Source: Promethearchaeota archaeon (GTDB taxonomy: Archaea; Asgardarchaeota; Lokiarchaeia; Sigyniarchaeales; SOKP01). Taken from it: a stretch of DNA of 64,000 bases. Of this stretch, positions 39,841 through 49,785 are shown piece after piece. The first letter of the stretch is position 1; every line of letters begins with the position of its first letter. Where the stretch lies: positions 192,001 through 256,000 of the forward strand of contig JAHPZE010000001.1 in NCBI GenBank assembly GCA_019058365.1. The letters are read 5' to 3'. Under the pieces are notes generated by a model. That model had not been told where the DNA came from, made no database searches, and was given only the letters and a program-made list of their open reading frames with translations. A program made the translations under genes and the position numbers.

Positions 39841-40596
39841 TTATTTTGCTTTTCCTTGACTGGCAACAGCCTCAATTGATTTAGCTATTTCTTCTGCATT
39901 GCCAAGATAATAATGTGCAATTGGCTTTAAATTATCATCTAATTCATATATCAATGGAACACCAGTAGGTATATTTAATTCGACTACTTCTTCATCTGGC
40001 ATATTATCAAGATATTTAACAAGTGCTCTTAAACTATTTCCATGAGCTGAAATCAAGACTTTCTTGCCAGATTTTATAGTTGGGATGATTGTATCATACC
40101 AATAAGGTAAGACTCTTGCAACTGTATCTTTCAAACATTCAGTTAAAGGAAGCTCATCAGCAGTTAAACCTTTATATTTCTCCTCATTTCCAGGATATCG
40201 TGGATCGCTTGTTTTAAGGGGAGGGGGTGGCACATCATAACTCCTTCTCCAAATCAGAACTTGTTCTTCACCAACATCTTTTGCCATTTCAGATTTTGAA
40301 TATCCTTGTAAGGCACCATAATGTCTTTCATTTAATCGCCAAGAACGAAACACTGGAATCCACATTAAATCCATCTTATCTAAGACAATCCAAAGAGTTC
40401 TAATTCCTCTTTTAAGTACCGATGTATATGCTATATCAAAAGTGTATCCTTCTTCTTTCAATAATTTGGCTGCTTCTATCGCTTCTTGAACCCCTTTTTC
40501 TGAAAGATCCACATCTGTCCAACCAGTAAACTTGTTTTCTTTATTCCATGTACTTTCTCCATGCCTTAGAAGCACGACTTTATACATTTTAATCAC
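39841..40596 (-). CDS. gpmA: 2,3-bisphosphoglycerate-dependent phosphoglycerate mutase (likely start 40587)
   Basis: [50 protein letters not shown]. Confidence 0.95.
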   Translation of the reverse strand: MIKMYKVVLLRHGESTWNKENKFTGWTDVDLSEKGVQEAIEAAKLLKEEGYTFDIAYTSVLKRGIRTLWIVLDKMDLMWIPVFRSWRLNERHYGALQGYSKSEMAKDVGEEQVLIWRRSYDVPPPPLKTSDPRYPGNEEKYKGLTADELPLTECLKDTVARVLPYWYDTIIPTIKSGKKVLISAHGNSLRALVKYLDNMPDEEVVELNIPTGVPLIYELDDNLKPIAHYYLGNAEEIAKSIEAVASQGKAK

Positions 40597-40717
40597 ATTT
40601 TGAACTTGTATTTAATACATTATTTGAATATTTTAAAACTTAATATATAAATTCTTTCTCTAAAAAAGAATGAAAAAAAAAGTAAAATTAAAATTACATA
40701 TTTTCTCTTATGAATGG

Positions 40718-42142
40718 CTATGAGTGATCGATTTTTGAAGATGTTTCTAATTCTTCTAATTTTTTGTGTTTTTCCCCATGTAATATAAGTATATCTTTTT
40801 GAATCTTTTCCCAATATTCTCCTTTTATTGGATATAATTGCAATATTAAAGCTGCTATTATTAATGCAATTCCTGGTATTAATCCAATAAAAAGCCTAAT
40901 TGCAAAAATTGCTGCTTCTGGTTGTGGAAGAACTGGGTCTTCACCAAGAGCGTGAGGAATAAAGTTAGCTAAATCTAATAGTGCAGCGGGAATTATTATA
41001 GCTATACTTTGTGCAGGTTTAGTAAAAAGGGCGTTCATACCAAAGAAAGCAGCTTCTCGTCTCACTCCTGTTTTCAATTCATCTTCATCAGATATTTGAG
41101 CAAATAATACATTAGTAAAAATTAAAGGTCCTACAAAACCAATTGCTGCAATAGCTAAAGCTAAATAGACTAATCCTATTATATCAATAGCAGTAATAAT
41201 AAATAACAGAATTAGTCCAGATCCACCGATTAGTAGTAAGAATTGGTCGCTTCTTACTACTCCCCATTTTTTAATTAATTTCGGAGTCATCCAGATACCG
41301 GCGAGGAGTGGTATAAATATAAACAATAATAAGATTATTGTAGATTGTTGTAGAACATAATCTGCTAAATAGAAGAGAGACCCAACAATTAATGACTGTA
41401 TAAGTATTCCCATAAAATTAGCTGCAGTAACGACAAGAAAGGATTTGTTTTTAATTGTGACTTTAAAAGCCTTTGCAAATCCTAAAGGTTCACCTATTTT
41501 AGTGAATTCTGGCCTCTCTGTGAATTTATAAGAAGTATACAAGATTAATGCCATACCCAAAATTCCAACTAAAACCATTGACATCAGAAGTAAGAAACGT
41601 GATTGATTACGAAATAAATCTGGGATAATGAAACCGAAAATCGTACCAACCATACTAAAAAATTGCCAATACATATTGAGGCCATTTCGCTCTTGTTCAT
41701 CTTCGGTCAGCTCGGGTAGAAGAGCAGAATACACAAGAAATATTATTGTATAAGCTGTATCATAAAGACATGTCGTAATAACCATCCACCAGAATATACT
41801 CCAATTTCCTGCACTCACATTTGGAGCAAACCAGACTAATATAAATGTTAAAGCTAAAAATGGAGCAGTGAATCTTATGAATGGAATTCTCCTTCCTTTT
41901 TTGATTTTTGACTTATCTGAATAAAACCCGAATATTGGATCATTTAAAGCATTAACTATTAAATAGATGATTTGGACATAATAGATAATCACTGCGTTCT
42001 CTACAAGGCCTAAATAATCTATGTAAAAAATTGGTAATAGTGATGCGTAAATACCTCCAATTATTGATCCACCAAGACTTGCCATACCCCATTGTAATTT
42101 ACGTGTTTTTGAAAACTTAGGTGGTGTTCTACCGATTGACAT
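40718..42142 (-). CDS. GPH-family (MelB-like) MFS symporter
   Basis: NDPIFG..SD, GRRIPF, D.DELKTG.RREA.FFG. Confidence 0.88.
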   Translation of the reverse strand: MSIGRTPPKFSKTRKLQWGMASLGGSIIGGIYASLLPIFYIDYLGLVENAVIIYYVQIIYLIVNALNDPIFGFYSDKSKIKKGRRIPFIRFTAPFLALTFILVWFAPNVSAGNWSIFWWMVITTCLYDTAYTIIFLVYSALLPELTEDEQERNGLNMYWQFFSMVGTIFGFIIPDLFRNQSRFLLLMSMVLVGILGMALILYTSYKFTERPEFTKIGEPLGFAKAFKVTIKNKSFLVVTAANFMGILIQSLIVGSLFYLADYVLQQSTIILLLFIFIPLLAGIWMTPKLIKKWGVVRSDQFLLLIGGSGLILLFIITAIDIIGLVYLALAIAAIGFVGPLIFTNVLFAQISDEDELKTGVRREAAFFGMNALFTKPAQSIAIIIPAALLDLANFIPHALGEDPVLPQPEAAIFAIRLFIGLIPGIALIIAALILQLYPIKGEYWEKIQKDILILHGEKHKKLEELETSSKIDHS

Positions 42143-42254
42143 TATTGATCAATTTTATTTTTTTTTTTTATAAGAGTGAATTTTTCTTAATGAAAATATT
42201 TCGACTATTTTCTTTATAAAAATTTATTTTAACAAATTATTAATTTATTTAAAA

Positions 42255-43151
42255 TTAGTTTAGTTTTTGGTTTGAAAATTGATTTATATCAAATTTAATT
42301 CTTTCGCCGGTATCTATCAATCTTCTCATTGGCTGTTTCTTACTATCTTCTATGGCAATCTGAGTTGGTTGATATTTTTGCGCCGGATTTCCAATGTAGA
42401 TCCAATCGGGCTCTATAATTTGATTAATGTATGTGACTGTCCACACTCCTAAAGTTGATCCTTTCCCGATTATCGTACCTGGTGAAACAATCGAATTTGC
42501 TCCTAAAACTACATGATCACCTATAATAACTTTTTTAATTAGAAGATAATCAATATTCTCTATTCTGACAATAGTGCTCGAAAAAATTTGAGCTCCTTGC
42601 CCTATCATAATATTATTCCCATACTCAATAAATTCAACATCGCTCCAACCATCAAACATAGTACTTTTAAAATCGGCATTTATATCACACATTTTAAAAG
42701 CAAAATTATTGACCCATGGAAAACAGAAATTATTCCATATCAGAAAAATGAATTTTTTCACAGTTACTCGTAAGCAGAAACAAAAATAGTCTTTATCGTT
42801 TCTATCAATTTTAAAAAGCCCCTCTTTTGGCTTATGAATTAATTTAAGAATTATTAAACACAATTTACCTAAAAGTAAACTAAGGAGAATATAGGAGCCC
42901 CACCAAGCCAAAATATCAATAAAGAATAATACAATTCTCCAATGAAAAAGATTTGAATCCATTGCAAAACTAAAAAAAGTTAATATCATTACTGAAGGCA
43001 TTACGAATGAAAGAAGATGCAATAATAAATAGAGTAAAGATGACGTAAAGGTCCATTTAAATCCATTTGTTGTTATAGGGATCTTTTTAATATCAATTGA
43101 ATTTTCTCCAGATTTATCAACTGAAATTCCATTATCCTCCATCATATTCAC
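42255..43151 (-). CDS. Membrane protein with one left-handed beta-helix (hexapeptide) module
   Basis: Two TM, HKPKEG.F, IGDHVVLGANSIVSPGTIIGKG, GNPA. Confidence 0.8.
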   Translation of the reverse strand: MNMMEDNGISVDKSGENSIDIKKIPITTNGFKWTFTSSLLYLLLHLLSFVMPSVMILTFFSFAMDSNLFHWRIVLFFIDILAWWGSYILLSLLLGKLCLIILKLIHKPKEGLFKIDRNDKDYFCFCLRVTVKKFIFLIWNNFCFPWVNNFAFKMCDINADFKSTMFDGWSDVEFIEYGNNIMIGQGAQIFSSTIVRIENIDYLLIKKVIIGDHVVLGANSIVSPGTIIGKGSTLGVWTVTYINQIIEPDWIYIGNPAQKYQPTQIAIEDSKKQPMRRLIDTGERIKFDINQFSNQKLN

Positions 43152-44679
43152 CTCCAGTAAATTTCTTTATTTGTTCTCGATTCAATTTTTTTGCAGGAAA
43201 TCGACTATATATATTATTTTTTCCCAACTGATCATATTTTATCGTAGCACACATTGGTAAGACTGTAGAATCATCCTCCATCTTTAAACCAGGTAAAGAA
43301 CCATTTGATAAACTAAAAACACAATTATTACCAATGTCAGCACCAAAAAAAGTTAGATTCTCTTCTCCATAAACACCATCAACTAAATGGTTGGTAATAT
43401 GGGCAAAAGTTCCGATATAGCAATTTCTGCCAAAATCAACATGACTGTGAAAAAAAGTATCTTCAAACACAGTTCCTTTACCAATCTTATTCGAACCTAT
43501 AAATTTTAACTCCCAACTAATAAGCCAAGGGAAGGGAGAACGAATAAAAGCAAAGATTGGATATTTAAATAAAAAGGATCTAAAATGATAATAATCTAAA
43601 GCTTTAGATGTTTCATCTAAATTCCGATCAAATACACCTTGAACATGTCCTCTTTTATCTGTCATTTTATAGAACCATCTAGTAAAAAGAGCTACAAAAA
43701 ATAAATGAATTAGGTATATTGCAATAAAGATTAAAGGAGTAAGGAAAAGAATTGTAATTTTAGTCATATCTAAAAGTAAATTTAAAGAAAAAGTAGTTGA
43801 GAGTAAATTTGGAGTTAGTAATCCAAATAGAAATAAGAAAAATAAAAAACCAGGTAAAATAAAAGAACACCCAATTATTATTATTCCTGCGATTAAGTAG
43901 AACTGAAAAGGAACAGATAATTCCTTTGCATGCGCTCTTAAATTTCCTCTATCATATTCATCAAGAATCTTCCTATTAAAAATAATATTTTGGAGACTAT
44001 TCTCATTTTTAATTGATTCTATTCCCTCTATCTTTTTAGCAGGAGAACCTCGGTAAATTGAATTAGGTTCTAATCGTTGATTGATTGTTGTCATTGTAAT
44101 CGCATCTAATATTGTATTAGATTCTATTATTGTCCCAGGTAATACAATTGAATGAGCACCTACAATTACATTATCTTTTATTGATACTTTTTTCAGAATT
44201 AACTTGTCTTTGATGATGATATTAGATATAATAAAACTTCCTGTCCCAACTTTAACATTTTTTCCCAATTCAATAAATTCACAATCAATCCATCCCTCAT
44301 ATAACGAGTTTGAAAAAGATGTTCTAACCCCGAGCATTTTCAAAACTAAAATTTCAAGAAAGGGTAATGACAATTGCCGTGCTAACCAAGTCGGCCATTT
44401 TCTTACAACCGCTCTTAAACTCCAATAACAGTAGTCTTTATCTCTACTATTTCTTAAGAAAACACCTTCTTTAGGTTTATGTAAGATATTTATAAATATC
44501 AAGAAGATTTTAGCAACAATAGCAGAACTTATTATCATTAATATTATACCTAAGAAGAAAGCTAATGGAAAAAGCGTATAAAATATTAAATCAAGAATAG
44601 GAAAGAATTGCCAAAAATACCATAACCATAATAACGATGGTTGAGCACTTAATATAATTACCAAAAAGTAGATTAGCAA
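43132..44679 (-). CDS. Membrane protein with two TM-pair + left-handed beta-helix modules
   Basis: HKPKEGVF, IKDNVIVGAHSIVLPGT, GSPAK; second module FGRNCYIG..AHITNH, IGNNC, FPAK. Confidence 0.8.
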   Translation of the reverse strand: MLIYFLVIILSAQPSLLWLWYFWQFFPILDLIFYTLFPLAFFLGIILMIISSAIVAKIFLIFINILHKPKEGVFLRNSRDKDYCYWSLRAVVRKWPTWLARQLSLPFLEILVLKMLGVRTSFSNSLYEGWIDCEFIELGKNVKVGTGSFIISNIIIKDKLILKKVSIKDNVIVGAHSIVLPGTIIESNTILDAITMTTINQRLEPNSIYRGSPAKKIEGIESIKNENSLQNIIFNRKILDEYDRGNLRAHAKELSVPFQFYLIAGIIIIGCSFILPGFLFFLFLFGLLTPNLLSTTFSLNLLLDMTKITILFLTPLIFIAIYLIHLFFVALFTRWFYKMTDKRGHVQGVFDRNLDETSKALDYYHFRSFLFKYPIFAFIRSPFPWLISWELKFIGSNKIGKGTVFEDTFFHSHVDFGRNCYIGTFAHITNHLVDGVYGEENLTFFGADIGNNCVFSLSNGSLPGLKMEDDSTVLPMCATIKYDQLGKNNIYSRFPAKKLNREQIKKFTGGEYDGG

Positions 44680-44901
44680 GTACGGTTTTTTAGCAAGAGT
44701 ATTTGTAGTTCTTGGTCCAACTCTTAATGATGACGGAATTGAAATCTTAAAATCACTTTAATTTATCCTTTTTTAAAGCCAGAATATACGGAATTCAACT
44801 ATTAAATTTATATATAGAAGAATAATTATGTCCTATTTATTTATTTTTATCTATATAAAAAAATTAGCTTAAAAAAGACAATTTGGATGACTAAGAGGAT
44901 A

Positions 44902-45261
44902 TTAATCTTCTATTGTAAAATTTTTTATCATTGAAATATTTTTATCAATATCAATAGTAATGGCAATAAGCTTTAATTCTTCTTCATCTACGGTTTCTGG
45001 ATCCATCATCACAAAATAAAACTTATCCCCCTCTGTGTCAAAACCAACTTCCATTTCACCGCAATCCTCTGGAATTATCTCGATAATATTTTCTGGTGCA
45101 TTTTTTTTCAAGATCTCATAGATAGCATCTTCAAGTGTTTTCTGGTTCTCTCTAATTTTTTTAATATTCGAGAAATCAAATTGTCCCATTGATTCTTGAG
45201 CTTTTAAATTCAATTCATTCCATTCTGAAAACATTTCTTTTAAATTTTCTTTTGAAGACAT
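44902..45261 (-). CDS. Acidic hypothetical protein
   Basis: Clean ORF of 119 aa. Confidence 0.65.
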   Translation of the reverse strand: MSSKENLKEMFSEWNELNLKAQESMGQFDFSNIKKIRENQKTLEDAIYEILKKNAPENIIEIIPEDCGEMEVGFDTEGDKFYFVMMDPETVDEEELKLIAITIDIDKNISMIKNFTIED

Positions 45262-45371
45262 AAAATAGCATTATTATTAACTAAATTAAAATTTCTTATT
45301 TTCAGAAAAATAACTAATAAGTAATTAATCTGTACTATATTATAACTATTTAAATTAAATTAGGTGAGATA

Positions 45372-45947
45372 ATGGATCTTCAACTTCCAAAGCCGATATT
45401 AAAAGGTAGTAAAAGTCTGGAAGAATGTATCTACGGACGGGAAAGTGTTAGAAGTTATAAAGAGAAAGTAATTGAGATAAAAGAGATTTCACAGATTTTA
45501 TGGGCAACCCAAGGGAAAAAAGGGAGTAAAAGAACAGTTCCTTCAGCAGGGGCTACCTATCCTTTAGAAATTTATGTTACTATAAAAAATAAGGGTTATT
45601 TTTATTATAATTACAGTAAGCATGTTTTAGAATATATTACAGATAAAGATTTAAGTAATAAGCTTGTTGAAGCTTCATGGAATCAACATTTTATTGCTGA
45701 GGCATATCTTAATGTAATAATTTGTGCTATTTTCGGAAGGACAATTGAAAGATATGGTCAAAGGGGAGTTAGATATGTTTATATTGAAGTAGGTCATTGT
45801 GCTCAAAATGTTCATTTAGAAGCTGTAGCCTTAGGTCTATGCTCAGTTCCTATAGGAGCATTTGAAGACGATAAAGTTAAGGAAGTACTAAAACTCAAAA
45901 AACAAATTGAACCTCTATATATTATTCCAATTGGACATCCAAAATGA
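45372..45947 (+). CDS. SagB/ThcOx-type nitroreductase family protein
   Basis: R.SVRSY, RTVPSAGATYPLE, RYG.RG.RY..IEVGH..QN, IGAF.D. Confidence 0.9.
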   Translation: MDLQLPKPILKGSKSLEECIYGRESVRSYKEKVIEIKEISQILWATQGKKGSKRTVPSAGATYPLEIYVTIKNKGYFYYNYSKHVLEYITDKDLSNKLVEASWNQHFIAEAYLNVIICAIFGRTIERYGQRGVRYVYIEVGHCAQNVHLEAVALGLCSVPIGAFEDDKVKEVLKLKKQIEPLYIIPIGHPK

Positions 45948-45957
45948 AGTAAACTTT

Positions 45958-46506
45958 TTAATATTCTCCTTGAACTTCAAATTCAGCTCTTTCTATAGAA
46001 AAATACATAGTTTTAGATGGAAAATCTTTAATTGGCATATGACCCATATATTTCATTCCTACTCTTTCAGCTACTTTCCACGCTCGTGAGTTTGTAGAAC
46101 GGATAAATGCGATAATTCCTGTTAAAGTTGGCTCTTCAAACGCATATTCTATAAGCTTTTTCATCGCTTCTATAGCAAAACCATGACCTCTATACTCAGG
46201 TCGCACCAAGTAGAAACACTGTGCCGTCTTACCATTTTCTGAAGATAACAACCCACACAATCCAATATAATTTCCACTTTCTTTATTTATGATTATTAAT
46301 GCAATTACAGGATCGATTGAGGTATAAGAATCTATAATAGAATTGAATATTTGCTGTGAGTTATTATCTAATTTCATCTTCAAAATGAATTTCAGGTTAG
46401 TATCCGCAGTAGTATCTTTTATAATATCCGAAAAAACCTCAAAATCATCTCGGTTCATTAGCCTTAGAATAAGTCTTTTACTCACAATTTTTTTAGGAAG
46501 ATTCAT
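45958..46506 (-). CDS. GNAT N-acetyltransferase, RimJ/RimL type
   Basis: SKRLILR, YRGHGFAIEA, N..A.KVAERVGM. Confidence 0.85.
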   Translation of the reverse strand: MNLPKKIVSKRLILRLMNRDDFEVFSDIIKDTTADTNLKFILKMKLDNNSQQIFNSIIDSYTSIDPVIALIIINKESGNYIGLCGLLSSENGKTAQCFYLVRPEYRGHGFAIEAMKKLIEYAFEEPTLTGIIAFIRSTNSRAWKVAERVGMKYMGHMPIKDFPSKTMYFSIERAEFEVQGEY

Positions 46507-46603
46507 CGGACTAATTTACCTTATAAGATATACGTTATTAAGTTCTAAAGTTGTATTATTATTTATAATTTCCATTAAATCACGAACATTCAAGATTACA
46601 TTA

Positions 46604-47401
46604 ATGTCATTCGACGAGAATCTTGTAAAAAAAAGGATAAAAAACAGTTTAATATACAATTCCATAATTCTCTTAATTTTTATATTTTGGTTTTTTTACT
46701 CTTCGTTTGAAAACATTTTAATTGTATTCCTGATATGTCTCCTAATTTTTTTAGTGGTCTTGGTTAAATTTAATACAGAACTAAGATCTGGATTTACCGT
46801 AGAACAAAAAGTTTTTTACATACTGCTTTTTTTAATACCATTTGCTTTATTTGGGGATGCTATCCTATTTTATAACACTTCAGTTACATTTTTTATCCCA
46901 TTTAATAGATTAGTAGGCATAAAGAATAATTATAATCTTCTTCTATTTTTATTCTATTTCTCAATAATAGTGCTAAAATTAGTCGGGATTAAGGTTTATT
47001 TCTCAAGAAATGTTAAATTCCTTGAAGAAGGAAGAGGAGATGAAATATTTCAGTTTTTTACGAAGAATATTACATATAAAAAAGTAATACTTTTGGTGAT
47101 TCTCTTTCCACTTGTAGCGTTCATTGAGGAATTGATTTATAGAACACTTCTAATTAGTATTTTAACGTATTATCTTAATTTGGACTATACACTAAGTATC
47201 ATTTTTATTTCAATTATTTTTGGATTAGTACATTATTCAACTTCGCAAAATTGGGGGCATGTAATTTCCACACTTATATCTTCTATAATTTATTCCCTTG
47301 CTTTAATTCAATTAGGTATTATATATCCATGGATATTCCATTTATCAACTAATCTATTTGTTTTACTGTTTTATTATCAAGGAAAAAAAAATATTCTTTA
47401 G
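46604..47401 (+). CDS. CPBP (CAAX protease/Abi) intramembrane metalloprotease
   Basis: EELIYR, FGLVH, H...N. Start moved to the ATG at 46604 because the ORF-track extension overlaps the divergent GNAT gene. Confidence 0.85.
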   Translation: MSFDENLVKKRIKNSLIYNSIILLIFIFWFFYSSFENILIVFLICLLIFLVVLVKFNTELRSGFTVEQKVFYILLFLIPFALFGDAILFYNTSVTFFIPFNRLVGIKNNYNLLLFLFYFSIIVLKLVGIKVYFSRNVKFLEEGRGDEIFQFFTKNITYKKVILLVILFPLVAFIEELIYRTLLISILTYYLNLDYTLSIIFISIIFGLVHYSTSQNWGHVISTLISSIIYSLALIQLGIIYPWIFHLSTNLFVLLFYYQGKKNIL

Positions 47402-47496
47402 AAATGAAATGATTATTAATTGAAATAATATGATTAGATCTTGAATAACCTTCTGGATTTAAAACAATACCCTAATGAATAATAAAGATTAAAAAA

Positions 47497-48312
47497 ATGA
47501 AAATAGATTTTCGAGAAGCCAAGAGTATCATAACAAAGAGTAATATTCCCTCAATTGATTATGTAATAAATCCATATACTGGATGTCAACATGGTTGCAT
47601 TTATTGTTATGCTGAATTTATGATAAGATTTACAGGTCATAAAGGAGATAAATGGGGACAGTTTTTAGATATAAAAAGTTTCGATTTGAATAAAATTAAA
47701 CCTCAGAAATATAATGGAAAAATAATTTTATTAAGTTCAGTAACAGATCCATACTTACCCTTAGAAAAGAAGTATCAAAATACAAGAAAGATTTTGGAAA
47801 AGCTAGTTGGAACTGAAGCTGAAATTTCAATTCTTACAAAATCGAAATTAGTTGTTCGAGATATTGACCTATTTAAAAAGTTTAAAAATGTTAATGTTGG
47901 TATCTCAATTAGTACTTTAGATGAGAATTTTGCAAGGATTATTGAACGAGCGGCATCAAAACCTTTAGATCGATTAGACGCTATTAAACAAATTTCTGAA
48001 GCTGGTATTGAAACATATACATTTATATCACCCTTTTTTCCAGAAATTACGGATTTTAAAGCAATTATTGAAGAGAGTAGAGAATATTCAAATCGTTTCA
48101 TGTTTGAAAATTTGAATTTTAGACCTCATAATGTGCCTAGAATAATAAAAGTAATAAAAGAATATTATCCAGAATTGGTTTCTAAATATAAAGAAATCCA
48201 AAAAGATCAAGGTTATTGGGATATTCTTGAGAGTGAGATTGAGAATTATTGCGAAAAAAAGAATCTTAATTATGATATTGAATTTCACCATGGAGGCTTT
48301 TCAAAAAGCTAA
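47497..48312 (+). CDS. Radical SAM protein, SplB/spore photoproduct lyase-like
   Basis: INPYTGCQHGCIYCYA (CxxxCxxC), SSVTDPY.P.E, ILTKS.LV.RD. Confidence 0.88.
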   Translation: MKIDFREAKSIITKSNIPSIDYVINPYTGCQHGCIYCYAEFMIRFTGHKGDKWGQFLDIKSFDLNKIKPQKYNGKIILLSSVTDPYLPLEKKYQNTRKILEKLVGTEAEISILTKSKLVVRDIDLFKKFKNVNVGISISTLDENFARIIERAASKPLDRLDAIKQISEAGIETYTFISPFFPEITDFKAIIEESREYSNRFMFENLNFRPHNVPRIIKVIKEYYPELVSKYKEIQKDQGYWDILESEIENYCEKKNLNYDIEFHHGGFSKS

Positions 48313-48375
48313 AATTGTTCGTTATAATATATTTAATTAAGAATCATATATCTTAAAGATAGATATAATCCAAAA

Positions 48376-49683
48376 ATGCCCGAAGATTACCAGATTGCTT
48401 TAAACAAATTAAAAAGAATTTTACCCTTTGTTAATTCAGTTGCATTAATGGATGAAAGAGGCGAATTAGTTTATTCAACAGATAATTGGGATATAAAAGA
48501 AGATATGGTTAATCTAATATCTCTCTGGTCATCTATGAAACGTCAACCTATTGTAATTTCAGGAAAGGAATATTTAGTACGCACTTGTACAAGCGATAGA
48601 TTTGTAGCAAGCTCACCTAAAGGAGAAGGCCATATTGTAGGTGCTAAAGATGATGAGAGGACAATCATTACTCTTATTGAACCAGATGGGATTATTCCTT
48701 TTACTACTATGGAGATAGCTAGAATTTTAGCTTCATTAAAAGAAAAAGAACCTTACTTGGATAAGAGTATACAATTAGGAAAGAAAATCAAATTAATACG
48801 AGATGGATCCTCTAATAGTGAAAAAGTAAAGCAAAATAAACTTAATATTGATGTATTGCCTTTACAAAAACAAGATAAACCAGAATTAGATTTACCTTTC
48901 ACGGCTCGCCTTATGGCTTATTATCGAGCTCAAGAAGCTAAACACGATGATCCGTTAATTTTTGATCCTTTCGCAGAACGCCTCTCGGGTGATTTGAGTC
49001 CGTACTTGAATGATCATATACGGTTCTCTGAAATGGATTATCCGATCGTACGTTCATATTATATTGAAGAAGAGTTATTAACACCTTGGTGTAAAACAAA
49101 AGGAGAATCACAAATAGTAATGTTAGGAGCGGGGTTAGACACACGCGCGTATCGATTCAAACTCCTTCATAAAAATAAGCATACTCTTTTTGAAATCGAT
49201 TTTCCAAAAGTGATTCAATATAAAAATAAAATTTTAAAAGATGAAAAACCCTATTGCGACGTTGTACACTTATCTACTGATCTTTCCAAATCTAAATGGA
49301 TATCAATTTTGTTAAAAAGCGGATTTTCTAAAAATATTCCGACTTTTTGGATATTGGAGGGTCTCGCCTATTATATAGAAAAGCAAGATTTTACCTCTTT
49401 ACTCTTAAAAATAGCGGAGATAAGTATTGAAACCAGTCAGATTTTCACAGACATCATGCAATTATCAAGATGGTACTCTTTTCCATATACTTCAAATGGA
49501 ATTGTAGGTGATCCTTTTTCTAGGCATTTTAAATGGGGTATTGATATGAAAGTAGTTCAATCATTCTTTTCTGAATTTGGTTGGAATGTATCATGTTCTT
49601 TCGCTGACGATCATGATCAAGGTAGAAATGTGGGGCAGAAGGCGATGATTTTTATTCGTGGAGAAAGGGCTTCTAATATGTAG
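48376..49683 (+). CDS. Profilin-like domain fused to an LCM-family SAM-dependent methyltransferase
   Basis: aa ~1-125: VALMDERGELVYSTDNWDI..IVISGKEYLV..CTSDRFVA...GEGHIVGA. aa ~172-435: TARLMAYYRA.E, DPFAE, QIVMLGAGLDTRAYR, FEID, EGL.YY. Confidence 0.8.
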   Translation: MPEDYQIALNKLKRILPFVNSVALMDERGELVYSTDNWDIKEDMVNLISLWSSMKRQPIVISGKEYLVRTCTSDRFVASSPKGEGHIVGAKDDERTIITLIEPDGIIPFTTMEIARILASLKEKEPYLDKSIQLGKKIKLIRDGSSNSEKVKQNKLNIDVLPLQKQDKPELDLPFTARLMAYYRAQEAKHDDPLIFDPFAERLSGDLSPYLNDHIRFSEMDYPIVRSYYIEEELLTPWCKTKGESQIVMLGAGLDTRAYRFKLLHKNKHTLFEIDFPKVIQYKNKILKDEKPYCDVVHLSTDLSKSKWISILLKSGFSKNIPTFWILEGLAYYIEKQDFTSLLLKIAEISIETSQIFTDIMQLSRWYSFPYTSNGIVGDPFSRHFKWGIDMKVVQSFFSEFGWNVSCSFADDHDQGRNVGQKAMIFIRGERASNM

Positions 49684-49785
49684 GTTTAGGCAACTTAAGG
49701 ATTTATTTTGAAATAAAACAATAAGATATAATTCATTTAAACTATTAAATAAAAATCATAAATTTAAAAAGAAAAATTTACATAG

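Noticed and set aside
46343-46603. N-terminal extension of the CPBP protease ORF
   Set aside because: It overlaps the divergent GNAT gene; the ATG at 46604 gives a normal protein.
45372-48312. SagB-like oxidase, GNAT, CPBP protease and radical SAM read as a RiPP biosynthetic cluster
   Set aside because: Orientations are mixed, there is no YcaO or precursor peptide, the radical SAM is SplB-like without a SPASM domain, and each family is common as a stand-alone gene in archaea.
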